This document shows positions 21,615 to 32,100 of a stretch of 64,000 nt of DNA, piece after piece. Origin of the DNA: Gammaproteobacteria bacterium (GTDB taxonomy: Bacteria; Pseudomonadota; Gammaproteobacteria; Poriferisulfidales; Poriferisulfidaceae); the NCBI GenBank assembly GCA_028819565.1, contig JAPPLD010000018.1:28927-92926 (forward strand), in the 5' to 3' direction. Position 1 is the stretch's first letter; the number at the start of each line of letters is the position of its first letter. The translations under genes were made by a program, and so were the position numbers. The notes beneath the pieces are model-generated. The model had not been told where the DNA came from and searched no databases. It saw only the letters and a program-made list of their open reading frames with translations.

Positions 21615-22634
21615 GTGGTGTCACTGACCCTGGGTCAGATCGCGGAAATCGCGGACGCCCGGATTTCCGATCCTCCGCCGGTTCCGGATCTCCTTATTGA
21701 TCACGCTTCTTCCCTGGGCACTGCCGGGTCCGGTTCCATTTCTTTCTACAGTCACGCCCGCCACCGGGCTGAACTGCAACAGACTCAGGCAAGCGTGGTG
21801 CTGCTGCGCGAACCGGATCGGGCCGATTGCCCGGTTCCGGCGCTGTCCTGCAAGGATCCCTACCTCGGCATGGCGCGAGTTCTGCAAGCCCTGTACCCGA
21901 TTCCCGAGGTGACGCATGCCGTCCATCCCGGCGCCCTCGTCGACGACAGCGTGCAGCTGGAGGCGCCGGTGCGAGTGGACTTCGGTTGCGTGGTGGGGGC
22001 GGATGCGCGCGTCGGCGCGGGCAGCGTGCTGGGTCCGCACTGTGTGATCGGCGAAGGCGTGACCTTGGGCGAGGGTTGTGTCCTACATGCCCGGGTTACC
22101 TTGCACGAAGGGGTCCAAATCGGTGACCGGGTGGAGTTCTGGCCCGGCGTGGTGGTCGGGTCCGACGGTTTCGGTTATGCCCAACAGGATCAGCAGTGGG
22201 TCAAACTGGTACACCGCGGCGGCGTACGGATCGGGGACGACTGCGAGATCGGATCCAACAGCACCATCGACCGCGGCATGCTGGACGATACCGTGATCGG
22301 CTGCGGGGTCAAGATCGACAACCAGGTACAAGTTGCGCACAACGTTCACATTGGCGACCATTCCGCCATCGCCGGCAATGCGGGTATCGCGGGAAGCGCG
22401 AAGATCGGCCGCTACTGCCAGATCGGAGGGGCAGCCGGAGTACAAGGCCACGTGGAATTGGCCGATGGGGTTATCATTACCGGTATGTCCAAGGCGAATC
22501 AGACGCTGACTCGCGCCGGCGCATACAGTTCCGGCACGTCCATCCAAGAGAATGCGGATTGGTTGCGCAACGTGGCTCGCTTCAAGCAACTCGACCGGAT
22601 CGTGCGGGCCTTGAAGCAAGGAGAAAAGCCGTGA
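21615..22634 (+). CDS. lpxD: UDP-3-O-acylglucosamine N-acyltransferase
   Basis: Hexapeptide repeats, [20 protein letters not shown]. Confidence 0.96.
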   Translation: MVSLTLGQIAEIADARISDPPPVPDLLIDHASSLGTAGSGSISFYSHARHRAELQQTQASVVLLREPDRADCPVPALSCKDPYLGMARVLQALYPIPEVTHAVHPGALVDDSVQLEAPVRVDFGCVVGADARVGAGSVLGPHCVIGEGVTLGEGCVLHARVTLHEGVQIGDRVEFWPGVVVGSDGFGYAQQDQQWVKLVHRGGVRIGDDCEIGSNSTIDRGMLDDTVIGCGVKIDNQVQVAHNVHIGDHSAIAGNAGIAGSAKIGRYCQIGGAAGVQGHVELADGVIITGMSKANQTLTRAGAYSSGTSIQENADWLRNVARFKQLDRIVRALKQGEKP

Positions 22635-23089
22635 GCGAAGGTTTTGACATCCAGGAGATCCAGCGGCTGCTACCGCATCGCCACCCGTTCCTGCTGGTGG
22701 ATCGGGTTCTGGAAATTGACCCCGGAGTGTCGATCCGGGCGATCAAGAACATCACGGTCGACGAACCATTCTTCCAGGGGCATTTCCCCGGAATCCCGAT
22801 CTTCCCGGGCGTCCTGATCCTGGAGGTGATGGCCCAGGCTTCGGGTCTGCTGGTGTTTAAAACGCCGGAGTATTGCCCGGAGGACGACAACCTGTACATG
22901 TTCGTCGGGGTTGACAAGGCCCGCTTCAAGAAGCCGGTCGTGCCTGGCGACCAGCTGGAGGTCGGCGTGAAGCTGATGTGGATGCGCCGGAACTGTGCCT
23001 CGTTCGATGCCACCGCCTCGGTCGATGGCGAAGTCGTGGCCACCGCCGGGATCATGTGCATGTTCAAGGAACTGCCGTCAGAGGCGTAA
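22631..23089 (+). CDS. fabZ: 3-hydroxyacyl-ACP dehydratase
   Basis: [30 protein letters not shown]; GTG 22631. Confidence 0.96.
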   Translation: MSEGFDIQEIQRLLPHRHPFLLVDRVLEIDPGVSIRAIKNITVDEPFFQGHFPGIPIFPGVLILEVMAQASGLLVFKTPEYCPEDDNLYMFVGVDKARFKKPVVPGDQLEVGVKLMWMRRNCASFDATASVDGEVVATAGIMCMFKELPSEA

Positions 23090-23103
23090 CCGGACTTCGA
23101 CGC

Positions 23104-23886
23104 TTGAGCATTCATCCGACGGCCGTGGTGGACGCCGGGGCGGAGATCGACCCCACGGCGGGAATCGGCCCGTACGCGGTCATCGGCCCACACGTGCGCA
23201 TCGGTGCCGACACTTGGGTCGGCCCGCATGCCGTGGTCACCGGGCGCACCACCGTGGGCCGGGAGAACCGGATCTTCCAGTTTGCCTCGGTCGGCGAGAT
23301 TCCGCAGGACAAGAAGTATGCCGGCGAGGACAGCGAACTGGTCATCGGCGACGGCAACACCATCCGCGAGTTCGTGACCCTCAACTGCGGAACGGCCCAG
23401 GGCGAAAATTGCACCCGGATCGGGAACCGGAACTGGATCATGGCGTACGTGCACATTGCGCACGACTGCGTGATCGGGGACGACGTGACGTTTGCGAACG
23501 GTGCAACGCTGGCGGGTCATGTCGAGATCGAGGATCACGCGATTCTGGGCGGCTTCACCCTGGTGCACCAGTTCTGCCGCATCGGGCGCCATGCGTTCAG
23601 CGGCATGGGCTCCGCCTTGAACAAGGATCTCCCGCCTTTCGTGCTGGCGTCGGGCAACCTGGCCCGCCCTTACGGGCTCAATCGCGAAGGATTGCGCCGG
23701 GCTGGCTTCTCCGAGGAGACGATGGAGGCGCTATCGCGGGCCTACAAGCTGCTGGTCCGCGTATCGGGCGGGCGGTCGGAGGACGAGATCCGGCAACTGG
23801 CCGGGCAATATCCGGAAGTGGAGCAGATGCGGGCGTTCATCGCAGAGAGTCGCCGCGGCATCATCCGCGAAAAGAATTCCGACTGA
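23104..23886 (+). CDS. lpxA: Acyl-ACP--UDP-N-acetylglucosamine acyltransferase
   Basis: IHPTAVVD, PQDKKY, HIAHDC, VHQFCRIG; TTG 23104. Confidence 0.96.
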   Translation: MSIHPTAVVDAGAEIDPTAGIGPYAVIGPHVRIGADTWVGPHAVVTGRTTVGRENRIFQFASVGEIPQDKKYAGEDSELVIGDGNTIREFVTLNCGTAQGENCTRIGNRNWIMAYVHIAHDCVIGDDVTFANGATLAGHVEIEDHAILGGFTLVHQFCRIGRHAFSGMGSALNKDLPPFVLASGNLARPYGLNREGLRRAGFSEETMEALSRAYKLLVRVSGGRSEDEIRQLAGQYPEVEQMRAFIAESRRGIIREKNSD

Positions 23887-23929
23887 ATCGATTCGCCAGA
23901 CGGTTTCCGGCGCAGAATGCCCGCCGCGC

Positions 23930-23966
23930 CTATGCTTTTGACAGCATAGAATCTACAAGTTATATT
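23930..23966 (+). promoter_or_regulatory. Sigma70 promoter with overlapping operator
   Basis: TTGACA (23938-43), 17 bp, TATATT (23961-66); inverted repeat CTATGCT-6-AGCATAG (23930-49) over the -35. Confidence 0.7.
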
Positions 23967-24061
23967 ATGCGCATGGGATGGTCAGCCGCGCTTGATTCGC
24001 CTGCTGGGCAGGAGTCCGGGATTCTGGCTGTCCCTGCTCTTGGTATCATGGGAGCGTCTTC

Positions 24062-24355
24062 ATGGCTTTTGGGCGCGAAATCGAGATGGAGTTCGAGCGA
24101 GTGAAAGTGAGCCCCGAGATGGTTGGGATCGCGAGCGGGAGCGTGACCGTTCTCGCATTTATGCTGGCGCTGTTCGTGCTCATTTGGAATCTCGGTCAAA
24201 GCATAAGCGATCTGCGCATAGATATGAGCGATCTGCGTGTGGAACTGAAGGGCGATATTGCGCATCTCAACGAGCGCGTGGCGCGTGTCGAAGGCTTGCT
24301 CGAAGGCTATATCGAGCGGTCTCGAGCTGAAGATGTGGCGGTGACCACCGAATGA
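24062..24355 (+). CDS. Small N-terminal TM coiled-coil protein, family member A
   Basis: TM segment, heptad coil, ERVARVEGLLEGY; GGAG upstream; alternative start 24086. Confidence 0.75.
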   Translation: MAFGREIEMEFERVKVSPEMVGIASGSVTVLAFMLALFVLIWNLGQSISDLRIDMSDLRVELKGDIAHLNERVARVEGLLEGYIERSRAEDVAVTTE

Positions 24356-24425
24356 CGCTTCAGCGGAAAGCCCCGGGCCAGGCAACTCGAAGGCGGCTTA
24401 CCCTTGGTATCATGGGAGCGTCTTC

Positions 24426-24677
24426 ATGGCTTTTGGGCGCGAAATCGAGATGGAGTTCAAGCGAGTGAAAGTGAGTCCCGAGATGGTTGGGATCGTCGGC
24501 GGATGGCTGACCGTTCTCGTGTTCGTGTGGACCCTAGGCCAGGATATGAGCGATCTGCGCACGGAGCTGAAGAGCGATATCGCGCATCTCAACGAACGCA
24601 TGGCGCGTGTCGAAGGCTTGCTCGAAGGTTACATCGAGAGATCTCGGACCGGGGAAGATATTGCGGTAACCGAATGA
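24426..24677 (+). CDS. Small N-terminal TM coiled-coil protein, family member B
   Basis: Paralogue of A; ERMARVEGLLEGY; alternative start 24450. Confidence 0.75.
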   Translation: MAFGREIEMEFKRVKVSPEMVGIVGGWLTVLVFVWTLGQDMSDLRTELKSDIAHLNERMARVEGLLEGYIERSRTGEDIAVTE

Positions 24678-24773
24678 TCCGACCAGACAGGTTTTTCGCC
24701 TTTGGGACGGAGCGGTTCTACTGAGCGAGCAAGAAAATAGATTTAGAATTCCGGGCAATCACCGAGAGTTTTT

Positions 24774-25127
24774 GTGGACAGAAAAACATCGAAGACTTTG
24801 GAGGAGGTGCTGAACCAGCTTTCTCCTGAGCAGCGCAAGAAAATCGACGAACGAACGGACGAACTGATCGCCGAAATCATGTCGCTGCGGGACTTGCGCA
24901 AGGTCCGGGAAAAAACCCAGGAGCATGTCGCCGAGGTGCTCGAAATCACCCAAGAGAATGTTTCGCGAATTGAGCGGCGCCGGGACCTCCTGGTCTCGAC
25001 GCTCAGGCGGCACGTCGAAGCATTAGGCGGGCGATTGAGCCTGATCGCGAAGTTTCCCGACCGTCCTCCAGTGGAACTGACCGGCATCGCCGATTCGGAT
25101 GATAGCAAGTCTCCGGCTCAATCGTAA
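24774..25127 (+). CDS. XRE-family HTH protein (HigA-like antitoxin) without an intact toxin gene
   Basis: LRDLRKVREKTQEHVAEVLEITQENVSRIERRRDLLVSTLRRHVEALGG. Confidence 0.85.
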   Translation: MDRKTSKTLEEVLNQLSPEQRKKIDERTDELIAEIMSLRDLRKVREKTQEHVAEVLEITQENVSRIERRRDLLVSTLRRHVEALGGRLSLIAKFPDRPPVELTGIADSDDSKSPAQS

Positions 25128-25168
25128 AGCCTCCATTTAGGTAAATCTTTTCGCTGTTGCGCCAGAGA

Positions 25169-26323
25169 TCATCCAGACGTCGAAATCACCTGTTCCGCGC
25201 AGTTGGCCAGTTGGCGCATGCCGGCCGCCGGTCCCAGTCGCTCCTCGACTTTCTGCAGTTGCACACGCACCTGATCAAGTTGAGCCGGATCGTCCAGCCA
25301 CGGCGTAAGGGCGGCCGTAACCCGCTGGGGCGTCGCATCGGCCTGAATCAACTCGGTAACCAGGTCTTCGCCCGCGACGATGTTCGCGAGGCAATACCGG
25401 TCAATGCGCACCAGCAAGCGTGCCAGCAGGTAGCTCAGGTTCGCCAGGCGATAGATCATGCAGAACGGGACGCGCATCAAGGCCAGCTGCAAAGTGACCG
25501 TGCCGGAGGCCGCCGCCGCCATGTCGCACACCTGCATGGCGTCGTAGACCGGTTCCTGTAGGCATTTCACTTCGGGCAGGTCGCCGAGCCACGGGGCGTA
25601 GTCGTTCGGTTTCAGCCCGGGCGGCATCACCAGTGCGAACTGCGGTCGGGCGGGATGATTCCTCAGTTCGCGCACCGCTCCGGCGCAGACCGGCATCAGG
25701 TGGGCGAGTTCGCTGCGCCGGGAGCCGGGGAAGAGACCGATCACGGGGCGTTGTGCGTCCAGTCCCCAGCGCTCGCGGACGGTATCGGGCGGTCGCGTCG
25801 GACTTGTTTGTCCGCGCAGGGGGTGTCCGACATAAGTGACGGGCACGCGATGTTTCTCGTAGAAATCCCGTTCGAACGGGAAGACTACCGCCATGTGGTC
25901 GACATGGCGCCGGATCTCGTGCACCCGCCAGGCCCGCCAAGCCCAGATCTGCGGACTGATGTAGAACAGCACCGGCACGCCGTGCCGATGCGCGAACCGG
26001 GCAAGCCGCAAGTTGAATTCCGGGTAGTCGATCAGCACCAGAAGCTGGGGCTTCCGGGTTAGGACCTGCGCCTTGAGGGTCTTCAATGCGCCGCGAATCT
26101 CTCGGTAATGGCGTAAGACCTCCACCAGCCCGACGACCGCAAGCTCGGTGGAATCGACCACCAGTTCAATGCCAGCTTCGCGCGAGGCTTCGCCGCCCAT
26201 GCCGGACCAGGTCCACTCGGGATGCCGGGCACGCAATTCCTCGACCAATTCCGCTGCGTATCGGTCCCCGGAGGCTTCCCCGGAGACCAGCATCAGGTGG
26301 GGAGCCGCTTCAGGATTCGGCAC
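25169..26323 (-). CDS. lpxB: Lipid A disaccharide synthase
   Basis: SGEASGD, IDYPEFN, SPQIWAWR, FPGSRRSE, ASGTVTL; start GTG 26323 or ATG 26293. Confidence 0.96.
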   Translation of the reverse strand: MPNPEAAPHLMLVSGEASGDRYAAELVEELRARHPEWTWSGMGGEASREAGIELVVDSTELAVVGLVEVLRHYREIRGALKTLKAQVLTRKPQLLVLIDYPEFNLRLARFAHRHGVPVLFYISPQIWAWRAWRVHEIRRHVDHMAVVFPFERDFYEKHRVPVTYVGHPLRGQTSPTRPPDTVRERWGLDAQRPVIGLFPGSRRSELAHLMPVCAGAVRELRNHPARPQFALVMPPGLKPNDYAPWLGDLPEVKCLQEPVYDAMQVCDMAAAASGTVTLQLALMRVPFCMIYRLANLSYLLARLLVRIDRYCLANIVAGEDLVTELIQADATPQRVTAALTPWLDDPAQLDQVRVQLQKVEERLGPAAGMRQLANCAEQVISTSG

Positions 26324-27407
26324 GAGCGAGACTGGCGCAGATTTGTTCGATCTGGGCGGGCGAAAGCTCCGGGAACATGGGTAGCGACAGGCACTGGTCG
26401 CAGACCTGCTCGGCCGCCGGCAGCGAAACCCCATCCGCCCATGGCGTGTAGGCTTCCTGCCGGTGCAGGGGGATCGGGTAGTAGATCCGGCTCTCGATAC
26501 CGTCCTTGGACAGTTGCTCCTGGAAGGCGTCACGCTGCGGGCTCAGCAGGGTGTATTGGTGCCAGACGTGGCCGTCCGCGCCTGCGGGAGGCTGGATTCC
26601 GTCCAGTTTCTGGAGTTTTTCGGTATAGCGGCCTGCGGCTTGCCGGCGTTTCTCGTTCCATTCGGCGACATGGGGGAGTTTGACGCGCAGAACGGCGGCC
26701 TGGAGTTCGTCGAGGCGGCTGTTCAGGCCCAGCGTTTCATGGTGGTAGGGCTGGCTGGAGCCGTGGTTGCGCAAGGCGCGCAGCCGGGCGGCGAGTTCAG
26801 GGTCTCCGGTTGCCACGGCACCGCCGTCGCCGCATCCGCCCAGGTTCTTGCTGGGGAAGAAGCTGAAGGAGGCGACCTGCCCGAACGTGCCGGTTGCCTG
26901 GTCTGCGGTTCTTGCACCAAAACTTTGCGCGCAATCCTCGACGATGGCGACATCCGGCCCGATTGCTTCCCGGACGGCGGAAATGTCGGCCGGCCGGCCG
27001 TACAGGTGCACGACCACGGCCGCGCGGGTGCGGGAGGTAATCGCGTTTCGGCACGATTCGGGATCGACCAGGAAAGAGTCGGGGTCGATGTCCACGAAAA
27101 CCGGGCGTGCACCGGTCAGGGCAACGGCCTCGGCGGGCGCGGCGAACGTGAAGGCCGGGACCAGGACCTCGTCGCCGGGCCCAACATCAAGTGCACGCAG
27201 GGACAGGCACAGTGCGTCCGTGCCGGAAGCGCAACTGATCACGTGGCCAATGCCGAGCATTGCGCCGAGTTCTGTTTCCAGGGCCTCGACCTCCGGACCG
27301 AGCACGTACCGGCCGCTGCGCAGCACGCGCAGGGCGGCGGCCTCGATATCCTCCTGCAGGGCCGCGTATTGCGTGGTCAGGTCCAGAATGGGGATGGTGG
27401 GGCTCAT
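26310..27407 (-). CDS. gnnB: DegT/DnrJ PLP aminotransferase, GnnB-like
   Basis: EDCAQSFG, FSFFPSKNLG, NSRLDELQAA; between the oxidoreductase and lpxB. Confidence 0.78.
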   Translation of the reverse strand: MSPTIPILDLTTQYAALQEDIEAAALRVLRSGRYVLGPEVEALETELGAMLGIGHVISCASGTDALCLSLRALDVGPGDEVLVPAFTFAAPAEAVALTGARPVFVDIDPDSFLVDPESCRNAITSRTRAAVVVHLYGRPADISAVREAIGPDVAIVEDCAQSFGARTADQATGTFGQVASFSFFPSKNLGGCGDGGAVATGDPELAARLRALRNHGSSQPYHHETLGLNSRLDELQAAVLRVKLPHVAEWNEKRRQAAGRYTEKLQKLDGIQPPAGADGHVWHQYTLLSPQRDAFQEQLSKDGIESRIYYPIPLHRQEAYTPWADGVSLPAAEQVCDQCLSLPMFPELSPAQIEQICASLARAES

Positions 27408-28351
27408 GGGGCGTCCGTCTCCCGCATTCGCTGGGTGACTTCCAGTGCGGTGCGCAAGGCGCGCAGGCCATCTTCTCCCCGCACCATGGGTTCGGTGCCC
27501 TGCCGGATGCAGTCGATAAAGTGGCGGATCTCCTCGCGCAGCGAATCGGTCTCCTGGAAGGCCTCGGTCGTATGCTCGATGCGTTCCGAGGGTGGGGCAT
27601 CGCCTTCGCGCAGGCGGTAGCGGTCCAGTTCCCGCTTGTGCAGGTCGAGAGCGTAGCAGGAATGGTGCTGGAAGACGCGCATCCGGCGCTCGCTGCGGCG
27701 GCTCAGGCGGCTGGCGGTGACATTGGCGACGCAGCCGCCGGGGAACTCGAGTCGAGCATTGGCGATGTCCAGGGTGTCGCCGATCACGGCGCCGCCGCTG
27801 GCGCGGATTTCATGGGGATCCTCTCCGACCACGGTCAAGGCCAGGTCGATGTCGTGGATCATCAGGTCCAGGGTCACGTCGATTTCGGCGCCGCGTGGAG
27901 TCCAAGGCGCCAAGCGGTGGACTTCGATGAAGCGAGGGGTCTCAAGCCCCTGCATCAGGGCGCAGAACGCCGAGTTGAACCGCTCCAGCAGGCCGACCTG
28001 AACGATGCGTTGCTTCTGGCGGGCGAGTTCGATCAGTTCAGTGGCTTCTTCGACCGAGGAGGTGAAAGGCTTCTCGACCAGCACGTGGCAGTCGGCTTCC
28101 AGGCAGGCCCGGGTAATCTCGTAGTGCTTCGCGGTTGGCACGACGATGCTGACTGCATCCACCTGACCGAGGATTTCGCGGTAATCGGTAAAGCCGGGGA
28201 CGCCGAGTTCTTCGCAAGCGGCGGTAACGCGTTCGGAATCGGTGTCGACCACGCCGACCAGTTCGGAATCGCCTAAGTCAACGTATTTCTGCGCGTGAAA
28301 CCGACCCAGGTAACCGACCCCGATGACGGCGGTGCGAAGCGGGGAAGTCAC
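27404..28351 (-). CDS. gnnA: Gfo/Idh/MocA oxidoreductase, GnnA-like
   Basis: AVIGVGYLGRFHAQKY, HVLVEKP, ERFN, LDLMIHDID; GTG 28351. Confidence 0.78.
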   Translation of the reverse strand: MTSPLRTAVIGVGYLGRFHAQKYVDLGDSELVGVVDTDSERVTAACEELGVPGFTDYREILGQVDAVSIVVPTAKHYEITRACLEADCHVLVEKPFTSSVEEATELIELARQKQRIVQVGLLERFNSAFCALMQGLETPRFIEVHRLAPWTPRGAEIDVTLDLMIHDIDLALTVVGEDPHEIRASGGAVIGDTLDIANARLEFPGGCVANVTASRLSRRSERRMRVFQHHSCYALDLHKRELDRYRLREGDAPPSERIEHTTEAFQETDSLREEIRHFIDCIRQGTEPMVRGEDGLRALRTALEVTQRMRETDAP

Positions 28352-28391
28352 GGGAGAAAAGGCGGTCGGACAGTGCGGCGCGGTTCCCGAA

Positions 28392-28441
28392 ATTATAGCC
28401 CGCGGGACTTTCCGAGGCACGAATCCCGCCTTGGGTACAAT
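28392..28441. promoter_or_regulatory. Divergent -10 elements for gnnA (-) and rnhB-dnaE (+)
   Basis: TATAAT on the minus strand (28392-97); TACAAT on the plus strand (28436-41). Confidence 0.45.
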
Positions 28442-28488
28442 GCGGTTGTACGCTCGATTTTGCTGTCTGACCTTAACTGACCCTGCCG

Positions 28489-29103
28489 ATGCCCGTCTCG
28501 CTGGAGTTATTGCCGACCCTGCCGGATCTTGGCTGCGTTGCAGGGGTGGACGAGGCGGGGCGGGGCGCGTTGGCCGGCCCGGCTGCTGCCGCCGCCGTGG
28601 TGCTGCCGGCGGATTGCCGCATCGAGGGCCTGACCGATTCCAAGAAGTTGACGCCGGCGCAGCGGGCGCGCGTGGCGGTGCAGGTTCGGGCCTCTGCCCG
28701 GGCGTATGCAGTGGCATTCGTACCGGCGCAGGAGATTGACCGCATCAACATTCTGCAGGCGAGCCTGCAGGCGATGGCGGAAGCGGTGGCTCGGCTGCCG
28801 GACGGGATCGAGCACGTGCTGGTAGACGGTCGGCATTGTCCGGAATTGCCGTGTCCGGCGACGGCAGTGATTGGCGGAGATGCTCGGGTAGCCAGCATCA
28901 GCGCGGCATCGGTGCTTGCCAAAGAGGCGCGCGACGCCTGGATGCGCCACTATGACTTGCAGGAGCCGTGCTACCGGTTCGCCCGGCACAAGGGCTACCC
29001 TTCGGCGGAACACCTGCGCGCGCTGTCCGAACATGGGCCCGGGCGACAGCATCGGCGTACTTATGCCCCGGTGCGCGCAGTTTTGGAGGAGCAGGCCGCA
29101 TGA
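28489..29103 (+). CDS. rnhB: Ribonuclease HII
   Basis: AGVDEAGRG, DSKKL, LVDG, ISAASVLAK, HKGY. Confidence 0.96.
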   Translation: MPVSLELLPTLPDLGCVAGVDEAGRGALAGPAAAAAVVLPADCRIEGLTDSKKLTPAQRARVAVQVRASARAYAVAFVPAQEIDRINILQASLQAMAEAVARLPDGIEHVLVDGRHCPELPCPATAVIGGDARVASISAASVLAKEARDAWMRHYDLQEPCYRFARHKGYPSAEHLRALSEHGPGRQHRRTYAPVRAVLEEQAA

Positions 29104-32100
29104 GCTTTGTCCACCTGCACCTGCATACCGAGTATTCGCTGGACGACGGGTTGGTGCGCATTGACCCGCTGATGGAGCGGGCGGCGGAATTGGCCATGCC
29201 GGCGGTCGCCCTGACCGACCGCAACAACCTGTTCGCAGCCGTCAAGTTCTACAAGACGGCACTGAACTACGGCATCAAGCCGATCCTGGGCGCGGAGATC
29301 GACCTCGAGATCCCGGTCATGCACGACCGGTCCGCCCGGACGGTGCTGCTGTGCCAGAACCAGGACGGTTACCGGAATCTTTGCCAGTTGCTGAGCGACC
29401 GCTATCGGAAAGGGAGCGACCAGATCTTGCGCAAGGACCTGGCGAAGTGTAGCGAAGGGTTGATTGCTCTTTCCGGCGGCGTCGCCGGGGATCTCGGGCA
29501 GGCCATGATCGCCGAAAACCATCGGGCCGCGAGCGCGGCGCTGGAATACTGGAAGCGCCATTTTCCCGAGCGGTTCTACCTGGAGGTGACCAAGACCGAC
29601 CGGGAGCACGAGGAGGATTTCCTGCAGTTCGCGCTGGAGTGCGTGAGCGAACACGATTTGCCGATGGTCGCGACCAACGATGTGCGGTTCCTATCCAGCG
29701 AAGATTTCGAGGCGCACGAGGTTCGCGTATGCATCCGCAGCCAGCAGCGCGTCAACGATCCGGACCGGGCGCGCGAGTACAGCAAGGAGCAGCATCTGCG
29801 CTCGGAGATCGTGATGCGGGAGGCGTTCGAGAGCTACCCGGAGGCGCTTGAGAACACTGGGCAGATCGCTGTGCGCTGCAACTGCCGGTTGGACCTGGGG
29901 CGGACGCTGTTGCCTGCCTTCCCGACTCCCGACGGGGAGTCGATGGACGATTACCTGGACCGGTTGGCGCACGAGGGTTTAACCCGTCGCCTGGAGCGCC
30001 TTGAGACCAGCGGGCGGATGGTAGGGCCGGAGTCCGACTACCGGGAGCGGCTTGAGCATGAACTGGGTGTCATCCACCAGACCGGTTTCAGCGGTTATTT
30101 CGTGATCGTCGCGGATTTCGTGGAATGGGCGCGCGACAACGACATCCCTGTCGGCCCCGGGCGTGGCTCCGGTGCGGGATCGCTGGTGGCTTACGCCCTC
30201 GGAATCACGGGCCTCGACCCGTTGCGTTACGGACTACTGTTCGAACGCTTCCTGAACCCTGCCCGTGTCAGCATGCCGGACTTCGATATCGATTTCTGCA
30301 ACCAGAACCGCGACCGGGTGATCGAGTACGTGCGCAAGCGTTACGGGGAGGACAGTGTGGCGCAGATCATCACTTACGGCACGATGGCGGCCAAGGCGGC
30401 GATCCGCGATGTCGGCCGTGTGCTCGGCGCGCCGTACAACTACTGCGACCGCATCGCGCGCGCGGTTCCGAACGAACTGGGAATCACCTTGGCGAAAGCC
30501 TACCAGGACTCTCCGGAATTCCGGGAGCTGGTCAGCCATCCAGAAGACACGACGGGCGCGCACCTGTATGAAGTGGCACTGCAGCTGGAGGGGGTGGTGC
30601 GCAATGCCTCGCGGCATGCTGCTGGGGTGGTGATCGCACCGGGTGCGCTCACTGACTTCACGCCGCTGTATTTCGAGGCGCGGCAGCCCGACGTGGCAAT
30701 CACCCAGTTCGACATGAAGGATGTCGAGGCGATCGGCCTAACCAAGTTCGATTTTCTTGGCCTGCGCACGGTGACGCTGCTGCACCAGTGCCTGGGCACG
30801 GTCAATGCGCACCGGGAGTCGCGGGGTGAGCCGCAGTTGGACCTGGACACGCTGCCGCTTGACGATCCAGACACTTATGAATTGCTGCAGCGGGCGCAGA
30901 CCATGGAAGTATTCCAGTTGGAATCGGCTGGGATGCGTGACCTGCTGATACGGATGGGACCGGACTGCTTCGACGATCTAGTGGCACTAGTCGCGCTATA
31001 TCGTCCGGGGCCACTCAACTCGAAGATGGACATTGAATACATCCAGTGCAAGCACGATCCGAGCCGGGTCAGCTACCTGCATCCGGATTTGGAACCAATC
31101 CTGGCACCGACCTTCGGCGTGATCCTGTATCAGGAGCAGGTAATGCAGATCGCTCGCGAACTGGCAGGCTATTCGCTCGGCGAGACCGACCTGCTACGCC
31201 GCGCCATGGGCAAGAAGAAGCCGGAGGAAATGGCGGAACACACCGAGCGCTTCCAGAAGGGAGCCGCCGAGCATGGCTTGGCCCCGCTCGTGGCACGGAA
31301 GATCTTCGACCTGATGAAAGAATTCGCGGGATACGGGTTCAATAAGTCGCATTCGGTCGCGTATGCGCTGCTGGCGTACCAGAGCGCCTGGTTCAAGACG
31401 CACCATCCGGACGCGTTCATGGCGGCGGCGATGTCCAGCGAGATCGACGACACCGACAAGCTCGCGCTGCTGTGCAAGGAGGCGCGTGAACTCGAGTTGA
31501 CGCTGAAGGGACCGGACGTGAACGAGTCCGATTACTACTTCACAGTCCCGGCAGAAGGTGAGATCCGTTACGGACTGGGCGCGATCAAGGGGGTCGGGCA
31601 GGGCCTGGTGGCGCGCCTGGTAGAGGAGCGCGGAGAGACGCCGTTTGCCAGTTTGGAGGACCTGTGCCATCGCTTGGATACCCGCGACTACAGCGAGCGG
31701 GACCTGCGTGCGTTGATTCATGCAGGTGCGCTGGACGGATTCGATGCGAGCCGCCGAGCCATGGCGGAGGCGGCCGGTCGCTTCAAGACCCAGGCCCAGC
31801 GGGTTCAGTCGGACCGGGACGTGGGTCAGGATTCGTTGTTCGCACAAGAGCCAGCCGCAGAGTTTTGTGCACTGCCGCAGGCCGAAGAGGAATACGAGAC
31901 GTCTGAGCGATTGGCGTACGAGTTCGAAGCCTTGGGGCTCTATTTCAGCGGGCATCCGTTCCTGCAGTACCGGCAACAGGTGACGCAGGTGGTGACGCAG
32001 TCGCTGTCCCAAGTGCGGCAGGCCGCTGAAGAGGCGGTGGAAGCCGGGCGCGGACGGTCGTGGGAGATACGCACCGCCGGCGTGGTGATGAAGATCTCCT

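Larger units (their letters stand above)
24039..24677 (+). repeat. Diverged tandem duplication (units start 24039 and 24403) of upstream region plus small gene
   Basis: CTTGGTATCATGGGAGCGTCTTCATGGCTTTTGGGCGCGAAATCGAGATGGAGTTC identical in both copies; GGCGCGTGTCGAAGGCTTGCTCGAAGG also shared. Confidence 0.92.

Noticed and set aside
24039-24677. Duplicated gene pair considered as DGR template/variable repeats or integron cassettes
   Set aside because: No reverse transcriptase or integrase in the window, differences are not adenine-specific, and no attC-like sites are recognisable.
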